From an uncultured cyanobacterium (GTDB lineage Bacteria; Cyanobacteriota; Cyanobacteriia; PCC-9006; JAAUQQ01), in contig OY970368.1 in NCBI GenBank assembly GCA_963718615.1, forward strand, positions 3,712,001 through 3,776,000: DNA of 64,000 nucleotides, in the 5' to 3' direction. The notes below the pieces were generated by a model. It was not told the origin of the DNA. It saw nothing but the letters and a program-made list of their open reading frames with translations, and ran no database searches. The first letter of the stretch is position 1, and the number at the start of each line of letters is the position of its first letter. This document shows positions 41,271 through 52,076 of the stretch, one piece after another. Position numbers and translations under genes: made by a program.

Positions 41271-43223
41271 TTAACTTTCAGCAATTTCTGAGAGCGCCAG
41301 CCACCGCTCGGTTCCGGTTTCAATGGCTTCCGTGAGTTCAGCAAGTCTAGCGGATAGTTTTTCCAGGTCCGTGAAGCCGGAAGGTGGATTTTGATAGAGG
41401 ACTTTTTCCAAGGCTTCTTTCTCCGCTTCCATGGCTGGAATTTGGGTTTCTAATTGTTCCAACTCCCGTTTTTCCTTGTAGGAGAGCCGTCGGGGGCGAT
41501 CGCCAGAACCGCTGCTAGCTTTGGCCTTACTAGAGGATGCAGCCGCTTCAGGCTTGGCGGCTTCAGAGACGACTTTAATTTCCTCTTTTTCCTTTTCTTC
41601 GTTCTGCTTATAATCCAAATAAACCGAATAGTTGCCGGGATATTGGCGAATCTTGCCACCGGGTTCCAGGGCGAAAATTGAATCGACGGTGCGATCGAGA
41701 AAATAGCGATCGTGCGACACCGTAATCACACAACCGTTAAAATCTTCCAAGTAGTCCTCTAAAATCGAGAGGGTTTGCACGTCCAAATCATTGGTGGGTT
41801 CATCCAAAATCAACACATTGGGCGCACCCATCAACACCCGCAGCAAAAACAATCGCCGTCGCTCTCCTCCAGACAGCTTGGCCAAGGGGGCATACTGTTG
41901 ACTGGGCGGAAACAAAAATCGCTCCAGCATTTGCGACGCTGTAATAGTGCTGCCGTCAGCGGTTTTGACCAGCTCCGCGACTTCCTTAATGTAGTCAATC
42001 ACCCGCTGATTTTCATCCGCTGCTTCCAGCAAATCATTGGAGTACTGATCAAAGTAACCCATGTGGATCGTTGCGCCAATTTCTACCTTGCCCCCGTCGG
42101 GTTCTAGTCGCCCCGTAATGATATCCATCAACGTCGATTTCCCCGCACCATTGCTGCCAATGATGCCAATTCGATCCATGGGGCTAAAGGAATGGGTGAA
42201 ATTGTCGATGAGGAGGCGATCGCCATAGCCCTTACTCACCCCCTCCAGCTCAATCACCTTTTTGCCAATTCGTCGCCCCACCGTCGAGATTTCCACCTTA
42301 CCCACGGCTGCCTTAAACTCACGATTACGCATTTCCTCAATGCGTTGAATCCGTGCTTTCTGCTTGGTGCTGCGGGCCTTAGGACCCCGCTTCAGCCATT
42401 CCAACTCCCGCCGCAACACGCCTCGATGCTTTTGCTGGGTGCTGGCAGCAGATTCTTCCAGTTCCGCCTTTTTTTGCAAATAGTAGGAGTAGTTGCCTTC
42501 AAAACTGCTCAGATCGCCCCGGTCTAGCTCCAAAATGCGGTTGGTAACGCGATCGAGAAAATAGCGATCGTGGGTAATCAGCAACAGTGCGCCACTATAG
42601 CGATTCAAATAACTCTGCAACCACTCCACCGACAGCGCATCCAGATGGTTAGTGGGCTCATCCATTAACAGTACTTCGGGCTCCGCCAGCAGCGCCGTTG
42701 CCAGAGCAATGCGCTTGCGATAGCCCCCAGACAGGGAACCAATCCGCGCCTCAAAATCCTCGATGCCCAGCTTCGTCAAGACAATCTTGGCCTTTGCCTC
42801 CAGATTCCAAGCCCCAATGGCGTCCATGCGTTCCGTCAGCCGCGATAGCTCTGCCAAGAGCACCTCGGTCTTGGTCTCGGTCGATTTGTGCGCCTGGGCC
42901 AACTGATGGGACACCGCTTCATAGGCTTTAACCAATTCCATCTGCTCGCCGCTATCGGCAAAAACCTGCTCCAAAACAGTTTTGCCTTCGTCTAAATCCG
43001 GTTCCTGGGGTAAATAGACAATGCGCACAGAGGGATTAACCAGGCGATCGCCCGCATCCACCGGCTCCAACCCCGCAATAATTTTGAGCAGCGTCGATTT
43101 GCCCGAACCATTTGTACCGATCAGACCAATCCGGTCTTGGTGGCCGAGGCTAAAGCTGACATCATTCAAAATCGGCTTAATGCCAAAGTCCTTGGAAACG
43201 GATTGCAGCGTGAAAATGCTCAT
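41271..43223 (-). CDS. ABC-F ATPase (Uup-like)
   Basis: Two Walker A, LSGG and DEPTN sets plus a C-terminal coiled coil. Confidence 0.93.
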   Translation of the reverse strand: MSIFTLQSVSKDFGIKPILNDVSFSLGHQDRIGLIGTNGSGKSTLLKIIAGLEPVDAGDRLVNPSVRIVYLPQEPDLDEGKTVLEQVFADSGEQMELVKAYEAVSHQLAQAHKSTETKTEVLLAELSRLTERMDAIGAWNLEAKAKIVLTKLGIEDFEARIGSLSGGYRKRIALATALLAEPEVLLMDEPTNHLDALSVEWLQSYLNRYSGALLLITHDRYFLDRVTNRILELDRGDLSSFEGNYSYYLQKKAELEESAASTQQKHRGVLRRELEWLKRGPKARSTKQKARIQRIEEMRNREFKAAVGKVEISTVGRRIGKKVIELEGVSKGYGDRLLIDNFTHSFSPMDRIGIIGSNGAGKSTLMDIITGRLEPDGGKVEIGATIHMGYFDQYSNDLLEAADENQRVIDYIKEVAELVKTADGSTITASQMLERFLFPPSQQYAPLAKLSGGERRRLFLLRVLMGAPNVLILDEPTNDLDVQTLSILEDYLEDFNGCVITVSHDRYFLDRTVDSIFALEPGGKIRQYPGNYSVYLDYKQNEEKEKEEIKVVSEAAKPEAAASSSKAKASSGSGDRPRRLSYKEKRELEQLETQIPAMEAEKEALEKVLYQNPPSGFTDLEKLSARLAELTEAIETGTERWLALSEIAES

Positions 43224-43377
43224 GGAAGCGGATGACAAAGGCAGCACGTACCGTTTAAGCTTAGCGCCATCGGCCCGTCTCTCGTCATTTTCCATGGGGT
43301 CACGGGGGCAAACGCGATAGACAGAGCGATCGCCATTCGTCCTCCGTATATATACGCATTTTTCTGTATAACTTGTG

Positions 43378-43535
43378 AGGGGTCTGCACCCTCATCCCAT
43401 TCCTTAGGACGTCAATTAAGATAGGACTCAAGTAACCCCGACATCAGGGCAAGCTCGGTCCTAACCCCGCCGAGTTTCCAGCATTGAAGGAAGACATGGC
43501 GACCCACCTAGGTGCTTTAGGGTCGCCATTTTTTT
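43378..43535 (+). ncRNA. Candidate small RNA (5' end uncertain, ~43378 or ~43429)
   Basis: -10-like TATAAC (43367) and TAAGAT (43417); stem-loop with C/U-rich loop at 43452-43476; strong terminator at 43496-43535; no ORF. Confidence 0.5.
43496..43535 (+). terminator. Intrinsic terminator
   Basis: ATGGCGACCC/GGGTCGCCAT 10-bp stem plus T6. Confidence 0.75.
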
Positions 43536-43706
43536 ATGCATTGACGCCTATAGACCCAAAGTCTCGCGTCGAAACAATAATTTTTTCATCGTTTTCCATC
43601 ATTCTTGGCCTCCAGACTGGAATTTCGGTGTGATTCTTTTCTAGGCTAGGACACAGCGGTCCTCCATCGCTGCACGCTTTCTGTCCTCGTCTTTTGTCCT
43701 GCTGCC

Positions 43707-44600
43707 ATGGCCTCTCCCCTTCAAACTCGCGAACAGCAGACGGGCTGGCTGCTGGTTTTTCCAGCGCTGCTGCTGCTGTTCCTGGTCTTTGCCTATCCCA
43801 TTGGTCGAGCCTGCTGGCAAAGCCTGTTCACCCGCAATCTCGGCACGGAACTAGAGCCTGTCTTTTCAGGGTTGAGCAATTACGTTCGTATGGTGCAAGA
43901 CGGACGCTTTTGGCAAAGCCTGGGGAATACGACGGTGTTTACCGTTATTTCTGTGGGGATTGAGCTGATTTTGGGGATGGCGATCGCCTTGATTCTCAAT
44001 CATCCCTTTCGCGGTCGTGGCCTCGTGCGCACGATTGCAATTCTCCCTTGGGCCTTGCCCACAGCCCTGATCGCCTTGGGTTGGGCCTGGATTTTTAATG
44101 ACCAATTTGGCATCGTCAACGATATTTTGTTGCGCCTCGGGCTGATTGACACCGGGATCGCTTGGTTAGGCAGTCCTGGACTGGCCATGGTGGCGCTGAT
44201 TGTGGCGGATGTTTGGAAAACAACGCCCTTTATTAGTATTTTGCTCCTGGCGGGGCTGCAGTCAATTTCGGGTGATTTGTACGAAGCCCATTCCCTAGAA
44301 GGCGCAACCCCTTGGCAAAGCTTTCGTCAAATTACGTTGCCCCTTTTATTGCCGCAAATTTTGATTGCCTCGTTGTTTCGATTCGCCCAGTCCTTTGGGA
44401 TTTTTGACCTCGTTGCCGTCATGACTGGCGGTGGCCCCGGTGGGGCCACGGAAACCGTCTCCCTGTATGTCTATGCCACCGTCATGCGCTATTTAGACTT
44501 TGGCTATGGTGCGGCCTTGGTAGTGGTGACGTTTGTTTTATTGATTGCGACGGTGGGAGTCTCCTCCCTCTTGCTCCGGCGTCTCCGAGTCCAAGCCTAA
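43707..44600 (+). CDS. Carbohydrate ABC transporter permease
   Basis: DVWKTTPF and the EAA-like loop LYEAHSLEGA. Confidence 0.9.
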   Translation: MASPLQTREQQTGWLLVFPALLLLFLVFAYPIGRACWQSLFTRNLGTELEPVFSGLSNYVRMVQDGRFWQSLGNTTVFTVISVGIELILGMAIALILNHPFRGRGLVRTIAILPWALPTALIALGWAWIFNDQFGIVNDILLRLGLIDTGIAWLGSPGLAMVALIVADVWKTTPFISILLLAGLQSISGDLYEAHSLEGATPWQSFRQITLPLLLPQILIASLFRFAQSFGIFDLVAVMTGGGPGGATETVSLYVYATVMRYLDFGYGAALVVVTFVLLIATVGVSSLLLRRLRVQA

Positions 44601-44610
44601 TTTGATTTTC

Positions 44611-45510
44611 ATGAGTTCTACTACACCCGCCCCTAGACCCCCCTCAACCCCATCCCCTGCATCAACGCCAGCAAAATTCCGCTGGGGCAGCCTTTTCTTT
44701 GGCCTTGCCGTGGCGTTTGTCATCCTGTTTTGTCTTGCTCCCATCCTCTGGCAGGTCCTGACGTCGTTTAAGACCAATGCGGCGATTTCAGCCGTTCCCA
44801 ATGTTTACTTTCCCAGCCCCAGCCAGTTAACGCTGCAAAATTACGTGGCGCTATTTACGAGACGACCGTTTTTGAATTACATCCTCAATAGTGCGATCGT
44901 CTCCGTCATTTCTACGGTTTTGGCCCTGGCGATCGGTTCACCGGCGGCCTATGCCCTGGCCCGACTCAAGCTTCCCGGCGAGCAGATTATTCTGGGTGGC
45001 GTACTGATTGTCACGCTCTTTCCCTACATTTTGCTGTTTTTGGGGCTGCTGGAAATTATTCAAAAACTCCACCTTGCCAATAACTATCTCGCCCTGATCA
45101 TTCCCTACACCGCCATCAATTTGCCCCTGACGATTCTGGTCATGCGCAGCTTCTTTCAGCAGTTGCCCAAGGACCTCGAAGATGCGGCCAAGGTCGATGG
45201 CTACAACATTTGGCAAAGCCTCACCCAAATCGTTCTTCCCATGACCCTGCCAGCCCTGGTCACCACTGGGATTTTGGCCTTTATCTTTGCCTGGAACGAG
45301 TTCATTTTTGCCCTCACGTTTATTACCCGCGAAGACCTCAAAACCATTCCCGTTGCCTCCTCTCAACTGGGCGGTGCCTCTGCCTTTGAAATTCCCTTTG
45401 GGCCGATCGCTGCCGCCACGGTTATTGGTACCTTACCCCTCGTTTTACTAGTGTTGTTCTTCCAAAAACGCATTGTTCAAGGTCTTACCGCTGGAGCCGT
45501 TAAAGGATAA
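44611..45510 (+). CDS. Carbohydrate ABC transporter permease
   Basis: LEDAAKVDG, AWNEF and GLTAGAVKG motifs. Confidence 0.9.
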   Translation: MSSTTPAPRPPSTPSPASTPAKFRWGSLFFGLAVAFVILFCLAPILWQVLTSFKTNAAISAVPNVYFPSPSQLTLQNYVALFTRRPFLNYILNSAIVSVISTVLALAIGSPAAYALARLKLPGEQIILGGVLIVTLFPYILLFLGLLEIIQKLHLANNYLALIIPYTAINLPLTILVMRSFFQQLPKDLEDAAKVDGYNIWQSLTQIVLPMTLPALVTTGILAFIFAWNEFIFALTFITREDLKTIPVASSQLGGASAFEIPFGPIAAATVIGTLPLVLLVLFFQKRIVQGLTAGAVKG

Positions 45511-45515
45511 TTCCT

Positions 45516-46634
45516 ATGTCTACCCTCGAACTCAAAAATCTTCGCAAAGCCTATACCAGCACCGTCATTCCGGTTAAGGATGTGAGCCTTACGGTCGAAG
45601 ATGGTGAATTTCTCACGCTCCTGGGTCCTTCCGGCTGCGGTAAATCAACGATTTTGCGCTTAATTGCGGGGCTAGAACCACCCAGCGAGGGGGAGATTGT
45701 GATTAATGGGCAGAATGTCAATCGGTTGAGTCCGGGCGATCGCAACATCGCCATGGTGTTCCAAAGCTATGCCCTCTACCCCCACATGACCGTCTATCAA
45801 AATATTGCCTCGGGTCTCAAACTGCGGAAAATTCCCGCAGCCCAAATTCGCCAGCGGATCGCCACTGTCTCCGACTTTTTGGGCCTCAATGATCTCATGG
45901 ACCGTAAACCCGGTCAGCTATCGGGGGGGCAGCGCCAGCGGGTGGCCGTGGCTCGGGCGCTGGTGCGGGAGCCGGATCTGTTTTTGCTCGATGAACCGTT
46001 GAGTAATCTAGATGCCCTGTTACGGGAGCAGGTACGGGCGGAGCTCAAGCAACTGTTTTCTAGTCAAAATGTGCCCGTGGTTTATGTCACCCACGACCAA
46101 ACGGAAGCGATGACACTGTCCACCCGAGTTGCGGTGCTCAATGGGGGTGAATTGCAGCAACTGGATACGCCCCAGCAAATTTATAGCCACCCCGCTAATC
46201 AGTTTGTGGCTGGGTTTATTGGCAGTCCTCAAATGAACTTTTTGACCTTGCCCAGCCAAGGTCCCTACGCTCTTTTAGGTGAAACTAAAATTCCGATGCC
46301 GGATTCGATCAATGTAAAAACGAATTTGGTCACCTTGGGAATTCGCCCAGAAAACGTGATGTTGCCTCAGGAGTTGGCTCAGGATTTGGCCCAGAATTTG
46401 GCCCAGAATTTAGCCCAGGTTTCGACGATTCGGGGCGAGGTCTTTTTAGTCGAAAACCTAGGCATGTCGAAGCTAGTGAGTGTGCGATTGGGGGGATTTG
46501 GTCATCAGGCCATGACGTTACGGGGACTCTTGCCAGTTGAGCATCAGTATTTGATTGGCGAAGCCCTGGAATTAGCCTTGCCTCACAAATCACTCCATTG
46601 GTTTAGTCCAGAATCAGGCTTATCTTTGGTCTAG
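45516..46634 (+). CDS. MalK-type ABC ATPase
   Basis: GPSGCGKST, LSGGQRQR and DEPLSNLD motifs; in-frame (xLAQ)4 repeat. Confidence 0.92.
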   Translation: MSTLELKNLRKAYTSTVIPVKDVSLTVEDGEFLTLLGPSGCGKSTILRLIAGLEPPSEGEIVINGQNVNRLSPGDRNIAMVFQSYALYPHMTVYQNIASGLKLRKIPAAQIRQRIATVSDFLGLNDLMDRKPGQLSGGQRQRVAVARALVREPDLFLLDEPLSNLDALLREQVRAELKQLFSSQNVPVVYVTHDQTEAMTLSTRVAVLNGGELQQLDTPQQIYSHPANQFVAGFIGSPQMNFLTLPSQGPYALLGETKIPMPDSINVKTNLVTLGIRPENVMLPQELAQDLAQNLAQNLAQVSTIRGEVFLVENLGMSKLVSVRLGGFGHQAMTLRGLLPVEHQYLIGEALELALPHKSLHWFSPESGLSLV

Positions 46635-46671
46635 GCAAGGCTCTCTCCCTCATACCGAACGCCATGGGACA

Positions 46672-47898
46672 CTATCTCAATGGGACACTATAACGACGCA
46701 TGGCATTTTCCACCGCCGCCTGCTGGTCCCGCCGCGTAATCCATTTGTGGTAGGTGCGCGTGTGAATCGCCACGGAGTGACCCATCATCTTGGCTGCGAC
46801 CGTATCGGGAATGCCAAAGTGAATCGTTCGCACCGCCCAAGCATGGCGCAAGTCGTAGGGCGAAAACGGAATCCCATAGCGTTTAAACTGGCGCGTGACC
46901 TGTTGGCCGATCCGCTGAAGCGTGGTTTGACTCAAATCCGTTTGGACCGGCGGCAAGATGACCTGACGAAGATTAAAGCGATCGACCCATTCCGGATAAA
47001 ACGGCCAAACCTCATGCTCCCCGGTTTTGGTGGTTTCTAAAACTTCGAGGGTGTCTCGTCCACTGGCAATTTCGTAGTCAGATGGCTGAGCTTTGAGCTG
47101 TGAAGATTTGAGCTGTGAATAATTGCAAAAAAATACCTCATGGTTGCGCAGCCCATAGGTCGCCATCACCCCATAGACAAATCGCCAGGTCGGATTGGGA
47201 ATCAGTTCGTAGGCCGCCAAAATCTCATCGTCGCTGGGCAAATCCCGTCGTTTGACCTTGCTAGGGCTATAGGTGCCGCCCCGATGTTTAAAGCTCTCGG
47301 GTAGCTCCAGCTTCAGAAACTCCGCCAAGGCCACCAATGCCGTACCGCAAATTTGGCGGCTGCGACTTTGTCGTCCAAAGGATTCAATGGTGGTTTCCAT
47401 GGCTTCAACCAGGGTGAGCTTAGGGCTGGCCTGGGCGATCGCCTCCAGTTTCTTCAAATAGGGCGCATAGGCTCCCTCCCAGGTACTCTGAGCCGACGCC
47501 AACGCCGCCTGACGCTCGGGCTGTTGAAAAAAATAGCGTTCAAAGTCCCGCATTTGTTGCCTGAGGGACTCCGCATCCAGCCGCTCTCGTCCGCGCCACA
47601 CCTGGTACTGCTCCCAGTCAAAACTTTCGGTAATGAGCTGGGCAGCCACCACCTTGGCCTCTCGCTCCGCCTGCTTCAGCCCCCCAGCGGTGAGCGGCAG
47701 CTTGAGGCTAATGCGCTGCTGGTGGGGTTTGGTTTTGGTGCTGCCCGGTTTCGGCGGCAGCGTGCCGCGCAGGGCTAGATGCTGGCCGCGAATCTCAATT
47801 TGGAGCCCCAACTGACCGAGCTTGAGGCGTTGGTTGACCTGGGCCAATTGGGCATCAAGACGAGGGGGGGCGGAGGGCTTAGACATGGGGGACACCAT
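46672..47898 (-). CDS. Tyrosine site-specific recombinase (cyanobacterial XisA/XisC-related family)
   Basis: YGLRNHE, KTG, YDLRH, MGHS and TYHKW catalytic set. Confidence 0.88.
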   Translation of the reverse strand: MVSPMSKPSAPPRLDAQLAQVNQRLKLGQLGLQIEIRGQHLALRGTLPPKPGSTKTKPHQQRISLKLPLTAGGLKQAEREAKVVAAQLITESFDWEQYQVWRGRERLDAESLRQQMRDFERYFFQQPERQAALASAQSTWEGAYAPYLKKLEAIAQASPKLTLVEAMETTIESFGRQSRSRQICGTALVALAEFLKLELPESFKHRGGTYSPSKVKRRDLPSDDEILAAYELIPNPTWRFVYGVMATYGLRNHEVFFCNYSQLKSSQLKAQPSDYEIASGRDTLEVLETTKTGEHEVWPFYPEWVDRFNLRQVILPPVQTDLSQTTLQRIGQQVTRQFKRYGIPFSPYDLRHAWAVRTIHFGIPDTVAAKMMGHSVAIHTRTYHKWITRRDQQAAVENAMRRYSVPLR

Positions 47899-48184
47899 CA
47901 GCGGACTACTTCTGAGGTAAGAGATTGGCGCGATCGCTACCGCAAGTTCCAAAGAACTGTGATAGAACGTAATGTAATGAAATAAATATTGTCATCTTCA
48001 TTCATTATCTGAGCTGAAAGACGGTAAAAACCGACCAGACGCGCCTGTATTGGATTGCATTGGACTGTATTAGGTTGTATCAGAAGGCGATCGCGAGATT
48101 TTCGTAGGTCAGACTGATTGACCGGAACCTTATATTGTTAACATCAGTGAACAAGCTGAGGACGCTGGAGTCGAAAAAAGCGGT

Positions 48185-49348
48185 ATGGGCAGAGTAGGGG
48201 TTTTACTCTTAAATCTCGGTGGGCCAGAGAAGCTGGAGGACGTGCGTCCTTTCCTGTTCAATCTGTTCGCCGATCCAGAGATCATTCGGCTGCCATCGCC
48301 GCTGTTACAGAAGCCATTAGCTTGGCTGATCTCATCGTTGCGTGCGAAAAAGTCTCAAGAAGGCTACAAGCAGATCGGAGGCGGTTCGCCTTTGCGCCGT
48401 ATTACCGAGGAGCAGGCCAAAGCACTCAAGGCCAAGCTCCAAGAGCGGGGCGTCGATGCAAATATCTACATCGGTATGCGCTACTGGTATCCGTTCACAG
48501 AGGAAGCGGTGGACGCGATCAAGCGAGACCAGGTCGAAAAGCTAGTGGTGTTGCCGCTATATCCGCAGTTTTCCATTAGTACCAGTGGGTCCAGCTTCCG
48601 GCTGTTGGAGCGGATCCAGGTGGATGACCCGGAGTTTGCCAAAATCGACTATACGGTGGTGCCGTCTTGGTATCACCGACCAGGATATTTGGGGGCGATC
48701 GCCAGTCAAATTGCCCACCAGCTCGACCAGCTGCCTCAGCCCCAGGAGGCCCACATTTTCTTCAGCGCCCACGGGGTACCGGTGAGCTACGTCGAAGAAG
48801 CCGGGGATCCCTACCAAAAGGAAATGGAGGACTGCGTTGCTAAAATTATGCAGACCCTCGGTCGCTCCAATCCCTACACCTTGGCCTACCAAAGCCGGGT
48901 CGGCCCGATTGAGTGGCTCCAGCCCTATACCGAAGATGCCATCCGTCAACTGGCGGAGCAGCAGGTAAAAGACTTGGTGGTGGTGCCGATTAGCTTTGTC
49001 TCGGAGCATATCGAAACCCTAGAGGAAATCGATATGGAATATCGGGAATTGGCCGAAGAAGCGGGCATTCACGGTTTTCATCGAGTCCCTGCCCTAGATA
49101 CAAACCCAGCCTTTATCGAGGACTTGGCAACGCTGGTGCAGGAATCCCTCAGTGGACCGCAAATTAAACTCAAGGATGTTTTCCATCCCCCGGAGCGGAC
49201 CAAGCTTTATCCGCCGGAGCGCTGGGAATGGGGCCTAACTACGGCGGCAGAGGTTTGGAATGGTCGTTTGGCGATGCTTGGATTTCTTGCCATTTTGATC
49301 GAGATTGTCAGTGGCCGAGGGCTTTTGCATACCGTCGGTCTGCTCTAG
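48185..49348 (+). CDS. hemH: Ferrochelatase with C-terminal CAB domain
   Basis: [20 protein letters not shown] and EVWNGRLAM motifs. Confidence 0.97.
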   Translation: MGRVGVLLLNLGGPEKLEDVRPFLFNLFADPEIIRLPSPLLQKPLAWLISSLRAKKSQEGYKQIGGGSPLRRITEEQAKALKAKLQERGVDANIYIGMRYWYPFTEEAVDAIKRDQVEKLVVLPLYPQFSISTSGSSFRLLERIQVDDPEFAKIDYTVVPSWYHRPGYLGAIASQIAHQLDQLPQPQEAHIFFSAHGVPVSYVEEAGDPYQKEMEDCVAKIMQTLGRSNPYTLAYQSRVGPIEWLQPYTEDAIRQLAEQQVKDLVVVPISFVSEHIETLEEIDMEYRELAEEAGIHGFHRVPALDTNPAFIEDLATLVQESLSGPQIKLKDVFHPPERTKLYPPERWEWGLTTAAEVWNGRLAMLGFLAILIEIVSGRGLLHTVGLL

Positions 49349-49396
49349 ATTGAGCCCTTTCCAGTACATCTCCAGTCCCTTTCTAGTCCATCGGGA

Positions 49397-50113
49397 TCAC
49401 CAATCTAGATCGTCTTCCATCTCATCCCAATCGTCGCTGGATCGGGGGGGTTTTTGGGATGGGGAGCGATTTTGAGCGCGATCGCGACTGTCCTGAGCGG
49501 AGGGTTCATACTGAACGGCTCGCTCCGCCTCCCGATAGCGCACCTCACGGGCGACGGGCTCAGACCGGTAATCGGGTTCACCCTCATCCATCTCATCAGC
49601 CTGATCATTACCCTGATCATTGACCCCGTAGCGGCGGTCATCCCCCGGAGGCTGAATCACCCGATAGTCAGCATCATAAACACTTTCGAGATCCACAGGA
49701 GGAGCATAGGGGCGGGATCGGGGTCGGTCTTCAATCGGTTCGGGCAGAGGATCTTCTCGGTAGGTCTCTCGCTCAAAGTCTCGATAGTCATCCCGTTCAA
49801 ACGCCTGTCCGGGTGAACCATAGGTCGCTGCTGGATAGTCATCGACCACGGCAAAGTCCTCTGGCCCAAACTCCGATCGCCGATAGCGCCGTTCGGCTGC
49901 GGCTCCCCGGCGCGCCGCCAGCCGAAATAGAATCACAAACCATAAACCCGTTGCAACGCCTGCCAGCAAGGCTCCCAGCATCCAAATCGCCAGGGGGAGG
50001 GTGATGGACTGCATTCCCAAAAAGGTGAGGGCAATGGATGGGGTGTTGCTGAGGAGGAGGGTGGCGATCGCACCCAGTAGGGCCAGCAACAGGAAAATGA
50101 CAAAGGAACGCAT
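49397..50113 (-). CDS. LapA-like membrane protein with acidic disordered tail
   Basis: Two N-terminal TMs and a D/E/R-rich tail ending DDLDW. Confidence 0.65.
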   Translation of the reverse strand: MRSFVIFLLLALLGAIATLLLSNTPSIALTFLGMQSITLPLAIWMLGALLAGVATGLWFVILFRLAARRGAAAERRYRRSEFGPEDFAVVDDYPAATYGSPGQAFERDDYRDFERETYREDPLPEPIEDRPRSRPYAPPVDLESVYDADYRVIQPPGDDRRYGVNDQGNDQADEMDEGEPDYRSEPVAREVRYREAERAVQYEPSAQDSRDRAQNRSPSQKPPRSSDDWDEMEDDLDW

Positions 50114-50269
50114 AGGGATGAGGATAGGGGGATGGGCGATCGACGGGAGGAATCGGCCTAATTAAGAGCTTTCCTATTCTATAATCAGACTTTTACTCCT
50201 GAACCTGCCCATCTGAAGTAACAATAGGACGATTGAAGCTTCACGGATAATAGGTTATTTTGATAACAG

Positions 50270-50597
50270 ATGAGAATTGTAGAATATGAATCCTTAAGAT
50301 GGCTCCGTACCTTTTCTTAAGTGGATTTCTGAGCTCGATAGACAAGCAAAAGCAAAAGTACTGGTAGCCAAGGCTCGTCTTGAGCTGGGCAACATGTCTA
50401 ACATCAAGTGGTTTGATGGACTGGGGGAGCTTAAAATCAATTGGGGTCCAGGCTATCGAATTTATTTGATTCAGGATGGAGACGAACTCATTATTTTGCT
50501 AGGAGAAGGAACAAAGAAATCTTAGTCTAAGGATATCGGCAAAGCAAAGCAACTAAAGATTGAGTATAAGGTGAGAAAGCAAACTGGAGAACTTTAG
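50270..50597 (+). pseudogene. RelE/HigB-type addiction-module toxin pseudogene
   Basis: RLELGN..IKWFDGLGELKINWGPGYRIY...GTKK; frameshift near 50295 and TAG at 50523. Confidence 0.8.
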
Positions 50598-50684
50598 TCA
50601 AGTAGTATGCAATTTCTAAATCTTGTATTCTCATTTTATTTAAAACTTATACAGTCAAAGGCTAAAACAAACAATGAGGTTCTG

Positions 50685-51017
50685 ATGAAAGAAACTGAAA
50701 CAACCGGAGGGGAGCTTGTGGCCGCCGATCCAGAGCTGGCTACAACACTTTTAAATGAAGCGCTTAATTTGATTGCATCCGGAGAACCTGATACGGCTCG
50801 CCTACTGCTCCGTGATGTGGTAAATGGCCTGATGGGCCTAGATATTCTTGCAGAAAAGACCAAGATTGACAGCGATCGCCTGCGCAAAGTTCTCAGTCCA
50901 GAAGGAAGCACAACGTTACAAGAGCTTTCGTTGATTTTTACGGCTGTGCGAACTTATGTTGATCTGAAAATTTTGAATGCAGCTATAGGTCGTTTTGCAA
51001 GCTCTAATGTCATTTAA
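50685..51017 (+). CDS. Addiction-module antitoxin/HTH regulator
   Basis: DPELA..LL.EA...GEPDTARLLLRD..N; HTH-like region. Confidence 0.75.
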   Translation: MKETETTGGELVAADPELATTLLNEALNLIASGEPDTARLLLRDVVNGLMGLDILAEKTKIDSDRLRKVLSPEGSTTLQELSLIFTAVRTYVDLKILNAAIGRFASSNVI

Positions 51018-52036
51018 AGGCCAGATAACACCAGTTTGCCAATGGTATCGCCTGCTTCTAATTTGGCATGAGCCCGCGCTAAATTCGTGGGGTTCAAGGG
51101 TCCTAAATGCTCCGTCAACGTTGTGCGAATTGTACCGCGATCGGCTAGGTCTGCAATTTGATTGAGTAAGTCATGTTGCGATTCCATATCCTCTGTTTCA
51201 TACATCGCCTTAGTAAACATAAACTCCCAGGCAAACGTCGCGCTTTTGTTTTTGAGTAAATCCAGATTGAGGGGGTCTTTATTGCCCACAATCGAGCAAA
51301 TCTGTCCCTGGGGTTTGATGCAATCCGCCAGGTTTTGCCAATGCTGATCGGTGCTGCCACAACAAAAGATGTAATCGACCCAGGGAAGCTGCAATTTGCG
51401 GAGCTGCTCGGCGAGGGGTTCATGGTGGTTAATGCATTCGTCAGCCCCCAGACGTTTGCACCAGGCGATCGTCTCGGGACGGGAAGCCGTGGCAATCACC
51501 TGAAGCCCTGCAACTTGTTTCGCCAACTGAATCGCAATGGATCCTACACCGCCTGCTCCGTTGATGATCAACAGCCAGCGGTTCCGCTGCTCAGGGGTTT
51601 TGTTCGGTTCAATCCGCAATCGCTCAAACAACGCTTCCCAGGCTGTAATGCTGGTCAGGGGTAACGCCGCCGCCTGCTCAAAGCTTAAACTTTCCGGTTT
51701 ACGACCGACAATGCGTTCATCCACGAGCTGTAGCTCAGCATTGCAGCCGGGGCGAGTCACGCTGCCCGCATAGAACACTGCATCCCCCACCTGAAACAGC
51801 AAAGTTGAGGGACCAACCGCTTCCACGATACCAGCGGCATCCCAGCCGAGAATACGAGGAATCTCCTGAAGCGCTCGCAGGGACGATCGCACCTTATAGT
51901 CAATGGGATTTACCGCCACCGCCTTCACCCGGACCCGCAGTTCTCGGCCTTGGGGCTCGGGAATCTCCACCTCAAACTCGGAGAAACAATCGGGGTCAGG
52001 GGTAGGTCGGGATTGGTAAACGCCAAGGGCTTTCAT
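51014..52036 (-). CDS. Zinc-binding ADH/quinone oxidoreductase-like MDR
   Basis: VNPIDYKVR, GWDAAG, GAGGVG and WEFMF motifs. Confidence 0.9.
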   Translation of the reverse strand: MKALGVYQSRPTPDPDCFSEFEVEIPEPQGRELRVRVKAVAVNPIDYKVRSSLRALQEIPRILGWDAAGIVEAVGPSTLLFQVGDAVFYAGSVTRPGCNAELQLVDERIVGRKPESLSFEQAAALPLTSITAWEALFERLRIEPNKTPEQRNRWLLIINGAGGVGSIAIQLAKQVAGLQVIATASRPETIAWCKRLGADECINHHEPLAEQLRKLQLPWVDYIFCCGSTDQHWQNLADCIKPQGQICSIVGNKDPLNLDLLKNKSATFAWEFMFTKAMYETEDMESQHDLLNQIADLADRGTIRTTLTEHLGPLNPTNLARAHAKLEAGDTIGKLVLSGL

Positions 52037-52076
52037 GGTCAGGGAGGGGCGATCGCCCCATGGAAAGGCTAAAGAA

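Noticed and set aside
43707-46634. Sugar ABC operon lacking a solute-binding protein gene
   Set aside because: Dispersed ABC components are common in cyanobacteria
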